A program made the translations under genes and the position numbers. Under the pieces are notes generated by a model that had not been told where the DNA came from, did not search any database, and saw only the letters and a program-made list of their open reading frames with translations. From assembly GCA_036677065.1 (NCBI GenBank), contig JAKFBS010000002.1, forward strand, positions 480,001-544,000: a stretch of 64,000 nt of DNA, in the 5' to 3' direction. The first letter of the stretch is position 1. The number at the start of each line of letters is the position of its first letter. Positions 46,286 through 56,023 of the stretch are shown one piece after another. The DNA comes from Bdellovibrio sp. (GTDB lineage: Bacteria; Bdellovibrionota; Bdellovibrionia; Bdellovibrionales; Bdellovibrionaceae).

Positions 46286-47415
46286 GTCGACAGGATCCTT
46301 TTTCTAGCCGCTGTGATCTGACGATTTTTATAGGCTTCATGATCGGTATCGCCGGTTTGCATTTTTTCGTAAGCCTGCTGATCCATGATCTGTACTTCGA
46401 AAGGATAGAAAAATGAAAATTCTTTAGTGCTTTGCCCGCCGCTTGAATTTAGCCCAGGAGCAATTTTAATTAATTTACGACAGATAAATTTAATGTATCT
46501 AAAATCAATTGATGAATAAGGGTTTTCTTTACGAAATAACTTTAAAAGTGGATTAGTGCTAACTTTCAACTGTTGACGAAGCAATCTATCAACTTTAGCA
46601 GAATCCATCATAAATTCTTTACCGTGTTTTTGGTGTAAGTGTTCACACACCTCTAAAAACTCTTGTACTGGATACATATTATTTGAAGACTGATCCGGCA
46701 TAATATGCGGATAACTAATTAAATTTGCATCCGTTAAATAGCGAATTACCTGAAATGAATCAAAGATCGTTGGCGTGACAATGCGCACCCCTAGCTTATC
46801 AAAAACTTTAACGGCTAAAGCATCTGGTTTTGCTAAAAGTTTAATAACCGTCGACGTTGAAGTTTTAAATGGCTTAGTTTGAAACTTATGTAATTCAACT
46901 TTATTTGTGTCGCCTTTATGTAGCGGTTTAAAATAAAGTTTATCATGATGTTCAACTGCGTTTTCAAAAGGAATTAAAATCTGCCTTTGAATTTCTTCAG
47001 CAAAATGCGAGAACAGATCAGTCTCTGAATGCACGAACACGTGAATGCAGCGTAACATCGCGCACGCCCACTTTTGAATCTTAGAATCATCATGGTGGGT
47101 TGCCCACACTAAAAGATTACGCATATCTTTTAAATGTTCTGGGTTTTTAATCTCTTTCGGAATTTCATCGATATTAAATTTTAATTTTTCGGTCATTAAC
47201 ACCACAGATCTGCGGTGAAAGTACCAAAGGCGTTTTAAATCTTCTTCATGAGAATAATCAAAGCCATAACTTTTAACAAAAGCATCGGCCTGTTCAATAT
47301 TGTGAATATAAAGTTTGGATTGATCTAACGTCGAAGCTCCACCTGCGATAACAGATAGAGCTGTAGGATCGAACTTAAAATGCGATTGGCTTTGATGGCC
47401 TTTGTCAGAGTGCAT
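46282..47415 (-). CDS. TIGR04552-like protein with RelA/SpoT-type nucleotidyltransferase motifs
   Basis: KTSTSTVIKLLAK, FDKLGVRIV, NPYSS, FEVQIMD, HEAYK. Confidence 0.75.
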   Translation of the reverse strand: MHSDKGHQSQSHFKFDPTALSVIAGGASTLDQSKLYIHNIEQADAFVKSYGFDYSHEEDLKRLWYFHRRSVVLMTEKLKFNIDEIPKEIKNPEHLKDMRNLLVWATHHDDSKIQKWACAMLRCIHVFVHSETDLFSHFAEEIQRQILIPFENAVEHHDKLYFKPLHKGDTNKVELHKFQTKPFKTSTSTVIKLLAKPDALAVKVFDKLGVRIVTPTIFDSFQVIRYLTDANLISYPHIMPDQSSNNMYPVQEFLEVCEHLHQKHGKEFMMDSAKVDRLLRQQLKVSTNPLLKLFRKENPYSSIDFRYIKFICRKLIKIAPGLNSSGGQSTKEFSFFYPFEVQIMDQQAYEKMQTGDTDHEAYKNRQITAARKRILST

Positions 47416-47427
47416 TGACCTCAGAGA

Positions 47428-48096
47428 CTATTTAATAATCCCGCAGCGAGCAACATAGAATTGACCTAACACGCCAGAAGCTGCTGAACCACCAGTCACA
47501 TTGACTGAATTTACGAAGCTAACTTGGCCAGATAAGTACTCACCGCTCAAATTTCCATCAAATCTGATCTCACCGTACTGGTCGCGAAAGATCACATAGC
47601 CTGAGCCCGTTTGCATATTAAATTGGCCTTCTGCAGCAGTCGTAAATTCGATAGGGATCGGTTGATATTGATTTGTGCCATCAGTTGCCGATTGTAAAAC
47701 AAAGCTATCGTAAACTTTAATGAGAATTTTAGTTTGCGCTAAGTTAACTGTTCCGTTTGATTCAATTTTGATTTGGCCTTGAAAGCGAACACCCGTTTGA
47801 TCACTTGGCGATGAAGAGATTTGACCGATTTCATTTGGATCAATCGTTGCTGACAATAAACCTTTTACGCGAGCTTCAAAATTGCCGTTAGAATAAAGAC
47901 TGGCTTGGGTTCCTTGATCGTAGATTGTTCCGATCGAAGAAAGATTATTTCCGCAGTAGCTTTGAGTGAATGTTCCATTTGTTGTTCCCGCAACAGTTGT
48001 GCGCAATGCACCTGATGTACGTTTAGATGTTTCCTTATTAGGGTTACAACCAACAAAAGTTAAAGCAATAATTGTGAGTAATAATACATTTTTCAT
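47428..48096 (-). CDS. Lipoprotein
   Basis: FVGC lipobox; AGGAG RBS. Confidence 0.8.
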   Translation of the reverse strand: MKNVLLLTIIALTFVGCNPNKETSKRTSGALRTTVAGTTNGTFTQSYCGNNLSSIGTIYDQGTQASLYSNGNFEARVKGLLSATIDPNEIGQISSSPSDQTGVRFQGQIKIESNGTVNLAQTKILIKVYDSFVLQSATDGTNQYQPIPIEFTTAAEGQFNMQTGSGYVIFRDQYGEIRFDGNLSGEYLSGQVSFVNSVNVTGGSAASGVLGQFYVARCGIIK

Positions 48097-48119
48097 ATAA
48101 GACTCCTACAACCCTATAG

Positions 48120-48135
48120 TACAAACGGGATGCCA
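48120..48135 (-). promoter_or_regulatory. Putative sigma54 promoter
   Basis: - strand TGGCAT-CCCGT-TTGTA, adjacent to the dyad GTCTCA-CTC-TGAGAA (48144-48158). Confidence 0.55.
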
Positions 48136-48245
48136 ATATTCCCGTCTCACTCTGAGAAATGGGTTTGGTTATATTGGATTTGAGAGTCTCGAGACAATTA
48201 GTGCTGAGAACCTTAGACAACTGTCAGGTTTCCAACAGGGTATGT

Positions 48246-48473
48246 TTAGTTTGAATCTTCAAGACAGATTATAGCGAACGCTTTTACAGTAGAATGCAAG
48301 CCATGTTGTGAATCATCTAAAATATCAACTAGCTCTTCTCGGCTTATATCGTAATAGATAGAGCTATTATAAGCCTGGAGACGATCTGAAAGACATTGCG
48401 TGAAACTGCGGTCAGAAGCCATAGAAGCCGTTGCAGATAATAATAGAGCTACAGTGACGATTAGATTTTTCAT
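48246..48473 (-). CDS. Small secreted protein
   Basis: Signal peptide (ASMA), two Cys, AAGGAG RBS. Confidence 0.7.
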   Translation of the reverse strand: MKNLIVTVALLLSATASMASDRSFTQCLSDRLQAYNSSIYYDISREELVDILDDSQHGLHSTVKAFAIICLEDSN

Positions 48474-48575
48474 ACAGAAATCTCCTTAAGTTGATGCCCC
48501 CATATATACAGAGGCTTTAAGGAAATTAAAAGTCAGAGTTTCATTAGGTGGGAAAACTACCTGATCGTCTAAAGA

Positions 48576-49733
48576 TTAATCAAGCGAGCTCAGCCATTCA
48601 GCCACAACCGCAGATTCATTGATCACACGTTGGCTAATAGCTAAATCCACACCAAAGTACCCGACACCACGCAATTGGTGCGTATTAAACAATTGGATAC
48701 TTTTATTTTCTAAATTGTAATTCGCATTTACGTATTTAAACCCCGAAAATAAATTCTGATCTACAGTCGCCGGTAATTTTGCTGATAAGTACTCGCGCGC
48801 AGCTTGGGCGATATGGCAATTTACGCAATCCATACTTTCAGGATTAAAAAGATTTGGATTTTCAATTGCGTAAGAGGCCTGAAGATTTGCAACAGCTTCT
48901 GCTTCAGTAAACACACCTGATGTTGTTGCTTGCTGAACAAAACCACCTAAATTTGATTCTGGAGCTACTGGCGGCTGGGCAATACCTGCTCCTGTGTAGC
49001 CTTTTGAATTATTAAGTTGGTTAAAAAACATTTGCGAAGTTTTACCGTCTAAACGAGGAATGGCTCCGGTAACAAGTTTACCATCAACAACTTCAGCTCC
49101 TAAAAATCCCCAAACATCGTTCATACGACGCAACACCATTACAGTGACACGGCTCAGATTTTTTTCGCCAGCGTACTTAGTAATTAATGTGTTGAATTCA
49201 CCTAATGAAGGACTTTGATCTAAATCTTTTTTCCAAAATGGATGAATATCTAATGCCACTTTTGCATTATTGATTTCAGCCGTTTGGAATTTCTTTTTCC
49301 AAGTTTTTAAATCAGCAATAAGTGAAGTGAATTCTTCATCAGTTAAAACATAGAAACTGTGAAATGCGGCATCAATTGTTGTTACACCCGTGCTAGTAGC
49401 TTTTAAAGGCTGCCAGATCATGCGGATTTGTTTTTGGCACGCCATTGGCGTTGGAAGCGGAAAACAGTGATCAATACGAACGGTCATTAAGCGAGTCATC
49501 GCATTGATTTCATTTTTTTCGTGCTGCATGTCCATAAATGGAAGCTGCATTACCATTGGTTCAGGAACTAATAATCCTTTTTCACCAGTTGATTGTAGTT
49601 TTAATAAATTGTTTTCAGAAGCATCACTTGGAAGAGGCATAATGTAAGTTACATCGTTTAAACCCCAAGTTAATTCAGCAGCCTGAGAGAATGATAGAAA
49701 TAGAAAAATAAAAGGTAAGATTAATAATTTCAT
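48576..49733 (-). CDS. Secreted protein with a single CxxCH heme c motif
   Basis: Signal peptide MKLLILPF..SQA at ATG 49733; MDCVNCH. Confidence 0.65.
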   Translation of the reverse strand: MKLLILPFIFLFLSFSQAAELTWGLNDVTYIMPLPSDASENNLLKLQSTGEKGLLVPEPMVMQLPFMDMQHEKNEINAMTRLMTVRIDHCFPLPTPMACQKQIRMIWQPLKATSTGVTTIDAAFHSFYVLTDEEFTSLIADLKTWKKKFQTAEINNAKVALDIHPFWKKDLDQSPSLGEFNTLITKYAGEKNLSRVTVMVLRRMNDVWGFLGAEVVDGKLVTGAIPRLDGKTSQMFFNQLNNSKGYTGAGIAQPPVAPESNLGGFVQQATTSGVFTEAEAVANLQASYAIENPNLFNPESMDCVNCHIAQAAREYLSAKLPATVDQNLFSGFKYVNANYNLENKSIQLFNTHQLRGVGYFGVDLAISQRVINESAVVAEWLSSLD

Positions 49734-49842
49734 GCTCGCGAGTCTTTCCTCAATGTTTACAGGAATCAACGAAGAAAAGTTAGCGAGCGAGTAATCGAAT
49801 GTTAGTTGATAATAAATGTGCTTAAGTTTTAGCCGGGGGCGC

Positions 49843-50370
49843 CTAGCCAACGCTGTGCTGGTGCATATTTATGCGTTCGCGCACCATACCGTAGATGGCA
49901 ATGAAAAAACCTAAAACAATGGCCATATCAGCCACGTTAAATACTCCGGTTCTTAAGAACGGAGAGATTTGAAAATCCATGAACATAAAATCAATCACGT
50001 GACCATTTTCATGCGTCAGGCGATCAATCACATTACCAATACCACCGGCTAAAATAAATGAATACGCGAGCAGGTCTGATAAATTCATTTTGTTTTTTAC
50101 CAATGACCAAAGCATCACAACTAAACCAACTAAAACGAATAAGCCAAACACAACAAAGCGTATTGATCTGGGCATATCGCTACCCATACCCAAAAATGCT
50201 CCGGGGTTTTCAGCGTAAACAAACTGAAACAGGCCTCCAAAATACATGATCGGAGCTTTTCCGACTAAGTGTTCAACGGCCAATACCTTAGTCCATTGAT
50301 CAACAGCCACAACAGTGATTAGAATTAGAAATAATATGAGAAGTCTTTGGCCTGTTGCTAAATTATTCAT
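49843..50370 (-). CDS. lspA: Lipoprotein signal peptidase II
   Basis: DQWTK, NPGAFLG, GGIGNVIDR, VIDF, FNVADMAI. Confidence 0.95.
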   Translation of the reverse strand: MNNLATGQRLLILFLILITVVAVDQWTKVLAVEHLVGKAPIMYFGGLFQFVYAENPGAFLGMGSDMPRSIRFVVFGLFVLVGLVVMLWSLVKNKMNLSDLLAYSFILAGGIGNVIDRLTHENGHVIDFMFMDFQISPFLRTGVFNVADMAIVLGFFIAIYGMVRERINMHQHSVG

Positions 50371-51277
50371 GCTTTCATTTTGCTTAATTGCCGAAGCTTC
50401 GGCAACTGAAAAAGTCTCGCCCTATGTGGGATTGGGATCAGATATGTTCGGTTTTAATATAGATAGTTTCAGCGATGCCCAAAAAGAACTCGCGTACGAG
50501 CCTAATATTCCGGGTCTTACGCGTGTGGGAATCAGTGCCTATGGCTTAGGAGCGTCACTTTCGACCCGCGGGTCCACAAAGGATTTAGACGACACTAAAG
50601 GTGAAAGTAAATTCTTCGACTTTCAGATTGGCTACCACAATACAAAATGGGGCGCTGAGGTTTATGTGCAGAATTACGAAGGTTTTTTTCTTAAGAACTC
50701 AGATGATGTCGGCGGAACCCCGAACTATTATCTGTTTCCTGATGTTAAGTTTAATAATTACGGCTTAATGGGTCGCTACGCTTTAGATAACAATGGTTTT
50801 TCGATTTCTGCCTTACTCAATCAATCTGATGAAATCACTAAATCTGCCGGCAGTTACTTTTTAATTGGAGGTCTACGCCAGCATAGCTTTGAAACAGAAA
50901 ACACTCTTATTCCCGCTCCTTTGCAGGGTGTGAATGTCGACATGGATAATTTACGAAAACTTTCTGTAAGCAGTTTAAACTTAGGCGTTGGCGCAGGTAA
51001 ATACTGGGTGTCGTCTTCAAAATTTTTCATCGGAGCTGTGATCGATGCGATGGGAACATTTGGTCTGTACAAATACACACTCACCACCGAAAATCGTTCA
51101 AGTGATTATGGGACCTTAAGTGTTTCAGCAAAATTCGGTACCGGTTATGCCGGAAAAAAATGGCGCTCTGGGCTTTGCGCCTATACAGACTCGACAACAC
51201 TGCAAGCACTTGATCGCACATACATAAAACCACAGGCCACGGCATTTATGATTTATGTACGTTATATTTTTGATTAA
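50336..51277 (+). CDS. Outer-membrane beta-barrel protein (DUF4421-like)
   Basis: Signal peptide; YEPN, KGESKFFDFQ, YEGF, SAGS; amphipathic C-terminal strand YVRYIFD. Confidence 0.7.
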   Translation: MRSLWPVAKLFMLSFCLIAEASATEKVSPYVGLGSDMFGFNIDSFSDAQKELAYEPNIPGLTRVGISAYGLGASLSTRGSTKDLDDTKGESKFFDFQIGYHNTKWGAEVYVQNYEGFFLKNSDDVGGTPNYYLFPDVKFNNYGLMGRYALDNNGFSISALLNQSDEITKSAGSYFLIGGLRQHSFETENTLIPAPLQGVNVDMDNLRKLSVSSLNLGVGAGKYWVSSSKFFIGAVIDAMGTFGLYKYTLTTENRSSDYGTLSVSAKFGTGYAGKKWRSGLCAYTDSTTLQALDRTYIKPQATAFMIYVRYIFD

Positions 51278-51279
51278 AC

Positions 51280-52275
51280 CTAGTCGGCAATTTTGACGAT
51301 GATTTTGCCCCGGGCTCGGCCCGCCATTGAATGTTCAAGCCCTTTTTGAATATCTTCTAACGAAAAAACCGAATCAATAACCGGGCGTATTTGACCTTGC
51401 TCTACCAGAGCGCGAATTTGATCGAGTTGCCCTGCATTTGGTTTCATGAAAAGAAATTTGTAATGCACTCCCCGGGCCATGGCTAAAACATTTGCTTTAA
51501 GACCGACTAACCCCAAGACAAAAGTTTTCATCGCCCCCAGTTCCATATCCTTTGCAGTTTGCCGGTCAGGAGATCCTGAAATTGAAACAATCCATCCACC
51601 CTTTTTAACAACAGGATAAATTTTGTAAAGGTCGTTTCCGCCCAAGGTGTCAAAAACCATATCCATGCCTTTAACGACATCCCATGGCTTTTCTTTTCTA
51701 TAGTTAATCACGTGGTCTGCGCCCAATGACTTTACAAACTCGGTGTTTTTTTCGCTCGTTGTCGTCCAAACTTCGGCACCGCGATTTTTTGCAAGTTGAA
51801 TCGCGAATGAACCTACGCCACCTGCTCCGGCTTGAATTAAAACTTTTTGGCCAGGACGAAGATTTGCACTATCAAAAGCCTGCCAAGTTGTTAATCCCAC
51901 TAAGGGAAGACTTGCAGCCTCTTCAAAAGAAATATTTGCGGGCTTAATTGCAACTTCATTTTCACTGACCGCAATGTATTCGGCAAATGTTCCGACATTA
52001 CTGGGCCTTGAGTAAACAAGGTCTCCTTTTTTAAATTTTGTGACTTGTTCACCGATTTTTACGACTTCACCCGCTAGATCATGACCTAAAATTAACGGAA
52101 AGGAATTTTTTCTTAAAAATTTAAGTAAGCCCGCTTTAAGTTTAAAATCGATCGGATTAATACTTGCGGCTTTGATGTGAATCAAAACATCGTGTGGTTC
52201 TACTTGCGGTTTAGGCACTTCACCGACATGCATTTTTTCGTCTTCACCATAATTTTTAATAAATGCAGCTTTCAT
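51280..52275 (-). CDS. NADP-dependent oxidoreductase (MDR/quinone oxidoreductase family)
   Basis: ASINPIDFK, GHDLAG, LPLVGLTTWQA, AGAGGVG, RARGKI. Confidence 0.92.
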   Translation of the reverse strand: MKAAFIKNYGEDEKMHVGEVPKPQVEPHDVLIHIKAASINPIDFKLKAGLLKFLRKNSFPLILGHDLAGEVVKIGEQVTKFKKGDLVYSRPSNVGTFAEYIAVSENEVAIKPANISFEEAASLPLVGLTTWQAFDSANLRPGQKVLIQAGAGGVGSFAIQLAKNRGAEVWTTTSEKNTEFVKSLGADHVINYRKEKPWDVVKGMDMVFDTLGGNDLYKIYPVVKKGGWIVSISGSPDRQTAKDMELGAMKTFVLGLVGLKANVLAMARGVHYKFLFMKPNAGQLDQIRALVEQGQIRPVIDSVFSLEDIQKGLEHSMAGRARGKIIVKIAD

Positions 52276-52288
52276 ATTTCACCCTCAT

Positions 52289-52324
52289 AAAAAAACCCAC
52301 ATCTTTTGGTAAGATGTGGGTTTT
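52289..52324 (-). terminator. Rho-independent terminator after fadIJ
   Basis: AAAACCCACATCTT-N5-AAGATGTGGGTTTT with a U-tract on the - strand. Confidence 0.85.
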
Positions 52325-52349
52325 AAAATTTAAAACTTAAATAAAGTTA

Positions 52350-54530
52350 TTAAATATAAAATTTCTTACCTGAACTTGCGCGCTCATTTAATTTTACACT
52401 TGGTGATAAACGAGCTTTAGCATTCCTGCTAGATGCATAGTGAGCTAAACGCTCAGCTACGTACTTACAACCAACGCTGTCAGCATACTTTAACAAACCA
52501 CCACGAAACGGTGGAAAGCCTGTACCCATGATCATCGCAAGATCTACTTCATGCGGAGTCTCAACGATCTTGTCTGCATCAAGTGCCAAACAGCATTCGT
52601 TAATCATCGCAAAAATACCACGTTCAACACACTCTTGGGCATCATACGGGTTCGTGCGTGCACTTAAACCAAGTTCTGCGTATACAGTTTGGTCAACTTC
52701 AGTCTTACGACCGTTTTGATCATACTTGTAAAAGCCTAAATTAGTTTTTTGACCTAAGCGGGCCTTGTTAGCTGCAAGTTTATCCATGATTGGACTTACT
52801 TCAACGCGATCTGGATAGGCTTTGCTAAAGATTTTTAAAACTTTTGCACCAACATCCAAACCTACAGAATCCATTAATTCAAATGGACCCATTGGCATAC
52901 CAAATTTTAAGTACGCTTTATCAACGGCTTCAATACTCATGCCTTCAGTTAATAAGAAAGCAGCTTCTGCCATGTACGGTAATAATAAACGATTTACTAA
53001 AAAGCCCGGGCCATCTTTTACAACCACTGGCATTTTGCCCATTTTTTTCGACAATTCAAAAACTGTAGAAATTGTTTCATCCGAAGATTTCGGTCCGCGG
53101 ATAACTTCAACTAATGGCATTTTATGAACCGGAGAGAAAAAGTGCATTCCTGCAAAGTATTCAGGGCGCGGATGACCTTCTGCCATATCAGTAATAGATA
53201 GTGATGAAGTATTTGATACGATAATTGCGTCTGGACGCATATTAGCAGCAGTCTCACCGATCACTTTTTTCTTGATGTTCATGTCTTCAACGATAGCTTC
53301 AACAACTACGTCTAGGTTTTTGAATCCAGAAAAATCTAAAGTCGTAGAAACTAACGAAGTTTTTTGCGCGAATTGATAATTATCAATCACTTTTTTCTTA
53401 GTTAATTTTTTCCAAAGATCGTAAGCATGTTTTAAGGCTTTAACATTGGCATCATGAGAAATATCTTTAACGCGAACGCCGATACCCTTATCAGCTGCAA
53501 CATAAGCAATGCCGCCACCCATTGTTCCCGCACCTAAAACACCGATATTTTTAACTGGTTTTGCTTTTACATTTTTATCAGCAACACCCGTCGATTTTTT
53601 AACCATCTCAGTTAAATAAAATACGTGAATTAAATTTTTTGAAATATCAGTTAATGCGCAACGAACAAAGTGATCTTTTTCGATCTCTAAGGCTTTCGCG
53701 CGATCAGACATGCCGTAAGTTTTGCAAATAACTTGCATCGCTTCTAACGGAGCTGGGTAATGCCCTTTGGTCGCTTTTAATGTCGCTTTTTTAGCAGCAT
53801 TAAATACGACGCCTTTTAATGGCCCTTCTAATAACTTACCAACTAAGCCTTTAGCTTTAAACGTTTTACGGCGTTTGCCTTTGCCAGAAGCTAAAATCTT
53901 TTCGATTTCTTTTTCTGCGAATGATTCTAATAAATTAGGATGAACCATGTAATCAACTAACCCGATTTTTAAAGCTTTTTTAGCAGCTAATAATTTACCC
54001 GCTAAAATAACATCTAACGCTGCTTGAATACCGACAACACGTGGTAAACGCACACAGCCGCCAAACCCAGGTAAAATTCCCAATTGAGTTTCTGGAAGAC
54101 CAATGCGAGTTGATGAATCATCTGAAGCGATACGATAATCACAAGCTAAGATAAATTCACAACCTCCACCAGCGCAAGCGCCGTTGATCAAAGCCATTGT
54201 TGGCATTGGCAGATCTTCAACCATATTCATGATTTCTTGACCACCGCCGACGGCATGACGAACAGCTTCTTCAGTATTTAAAGCTTTGATTTCTTCGATA
54301 TCAGCACCAGCAATAAAGATTTTTGATTTTGCTGATTTGAAAATTACAAATTTATATGAAGAAGTACTTAATTTTTGAATGAGTGCTTTGAATTCATTCA
54401 TCACCGGAGTTGAAAACTTATTAACTTTTTCTCCTGGTAAATCAAAAGTAACTGTCGCGATTCCATTTTTTTCAGTTACAGAAAATGCTTTTGTAGATGT
54501 ATTTCCTTGAGTGGTTTTTTCTAATTCCAT
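52350..54530 (-). CDS. fadJ: Fatty acid oxidation complex alpha subunit (enoyl-CoA hydratase/3-hydroxyacyl-CoA dehydrogenase)
   Basis: FIAGADI, GLPETQLGILPGFGG, GHYPAP, GAGTMGGG, SNTSS, GMHFFSPVHKMPLVE. Confidence 0.9.
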   Translation of the reverse strand: MELEKTTQGNTSTKAFSVTEKNGIATVTFDLPGEKVNKFSTPVMNEFKALIQKLSTSSYKFVIFKSAKSKIFIAGADIEEIKALNTEEAVRHAVGGGQEIMNMVEDLPMPTMALINGACAGGGCEFILACDYRIASDDSSTRIGLPETQLGILPGFGGCVRLPRVVGIQAALDVILAGKLLAAKKALKIGLVDYMVHPNLLESFAEKEIEKILASGKGKRRKTFKAKGLVGKLLEGPLKGVVFNAAKKATLKATKGHYPAPLEAMQVICKTYGMSDRAKALEIEKDHFVRCALTDISKNLIHVFYLTEMVKKSTGVADKNVKAKPVKNIGVLGAGTMGGGIAYVAADKGIGVRVKDISHDANVKALKHAYDLWKKLTKKKVIDNYQFAQKTSLVSTTLDFSGFKNLDVVVEAIVEDMNIKKKVIGETAANMRPDAIIVSNTSSLSITDMAEGHPRPEYFAGMHFFSPVHKMPLVEVIRGPKSSDETISTVFELSKKMGKMPVVVKDGPGFLVNRLLLPYMAEAAFLLTEGMSIEAVDKAYLKFGMPMGPFELMDSVGLDVGAKVLKIFSKAYPDRVEVSPIMDKLAANKARLGQKTNLGFYKYDQNGRKTEVDQTVYAELGLSARTNPYDAQECVERGIFAMINECCLALDADKIVETPHEVDLAMIMGTGFPPFRGGLLKYADSVGCKYVAERLAHYASSRNAKARLSPSVKLNERASSGKKFYI

Positions 54531-54538
54531 GTTTTTAA

Positions 54539-55879
54539 TTACCCTTCGTTTTCAATGACCATGGTGCCACCTTGGCCGCCACCGATACATAAAGTTGCTA
54601 ATCCGAATTGGGAATTCGAACGTTTTAATTCTTTGGCCAATGTTAAGACTAACCGTGTGCCGGTAGCGCCGACCGGATGACCTAAAGCAATCGCTCCGCC
54701 ATTCACGTTTAAAATGTCATCATTCACTGTTCCGACTTTAGCTGACAAACCTAATTTATCTTGCGCAAATTTGTCTGAATCAAAAGCTTTTTGACAAGCC
54801 ATTACTTGGGCTGCGAAGGCTTCGTTAAGTTCTATGCGATTCATGTCTTTCATTGTAAGACCTGAACGACGAAGTGCGATTGGCGTCGAATAAACCGGGC
54901 CCAAACCCATTCTTTCAGGTTCACAACCTGCAAATGCATAACCGCGAATTTTAGCTAAAGGTTTATAACCTAAGCTTTGCGCTTTTTCGCGCGACATGAT
55001 TAACAACATCGCGGCACCATCTGTAATCGGGCAAGCATTACCGGCAGTGATTGTTCCTGTAACTTTGTCGACCATCGGTTTTAATTTTCCAAGGGCTTGC
55101 ATTGTCTGCTCAGCACGAGGCCCGATATCTTCAGTCACAACATCTTTAAAATCTGGCTCTACATAAAGCGGAGTCATCTCTTCGGCAAATTTTGCTTTAG
55201 CACCGGCTGCTTTTAAATGCGAAGCTAAGGCGAAAGCATCCTGGGCTTCACGGGTTAAACCCCACTCTTTTGCTAAAATTTCTGCAGTTCCCATCATGTT
55301 GATTCCGACAAAAGGATCGGTAAGACCTTCAACAATTGAAATGATGGGTTTGTATTTAGTTTTCATCATCGGAGGTGTTGTTACCATCTCTTTGATTTGC
55401 GAAAGATCAGCTTTAAACCAAGCCCATAATGCAGCCATACGTTGACCCGGAGTTTTAGCTGAACCTAGTTTTTCTAAAATAGAGGTAATAGACGGTGGCA
55501 TAATCAGAGGCATTTGCGACATATTTTCAGTTCCGCCAACTAATAATGCATCCATCGAACCAGCTTTAATTTTCTCAAAACCAATCGAGATACTTTCTAA
55601 CGCTGATGCACAGTTTCTATGAACCGTAGAAGCTGAAGTTTTTTGCGGAACTCCTGAATTTAAAGCAATAACTCGGGCAATATTCACTGCGTCCGAAGGA
55701 GAGCCCGTATTACCGATGATGACTTCATCAATAACGTTCACATCCAAATTCGTACGCGCGATCAAATCTTTCATTGCCACTTGGCCAAGTTTTGCAGCAT
55801 GTACACTTTTTAATTTTGTTCCCGCTTTTGCAAATGGAGTACGCACTCCTTCGACAATCACAACATCTCTGTTAGACAT
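54539..55879 (-). CDS. fadI: 3-ketoacyl-CoA thiolase
   Basis: RTPF, RNCAS, NEAFAAQ, GHPVGATG, CIGGGQG. Confidence 0.88.
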   Translation of the reverse strand: MSNRDVVIVEGVRTPFAKAGTKLKSVHAAKLGQVAMKDLIARTNLDVNVIDEVIIGNTGSPSDAVNIARVIALNSGVPQKTSASTVHRNCASALESISIGFEKIKAGSMDALLVGGTENMSQMPLIMPPSITSILEKLGSAKTPGQRMAALWAWFKADLSQIKEMVTTPPMMKTKYKPIISIVEGLTDPFVGINMMGTAEILAKEWGLTREAQDAFALASHLKAAGAKAKFAEEMTPLYVEPDFKDVVTEDIGPRAEQTMQALGKLKPMVDKVTGTITAGNACPITDGAAMLLIMSREKAQSLGYKPLAKIRGYAFAGCEPERMGLGPVYSTPIALRRSGLTMKDMNRIELNEAFAAQVMACQKAFDSDKFAQDKLGLSAKVGTVNDDILNVNGGAIALGHPVGATGTRLVLTLAKELKRSNSQFGLATLCIGGGQGGTMVIENEG

Positions 55880-56023
55880 ATAAACACCTCACTGTGAAAA
55901 CTAACCTATAAAGCGTAAACCCAAATGAGAGCTAAAGCAATTGACGCCTATCAATATAGGACGTCTGTAATGATTGACCCTCGAAAGGTGTCAAACCTAG
56001 AATGAAAACTCTAGGAGAGAACT

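Noticed and set aside
55936..55949. sigma54 promoter for fadI
   Set aside because: GG-to-GC spacing is two bases too short
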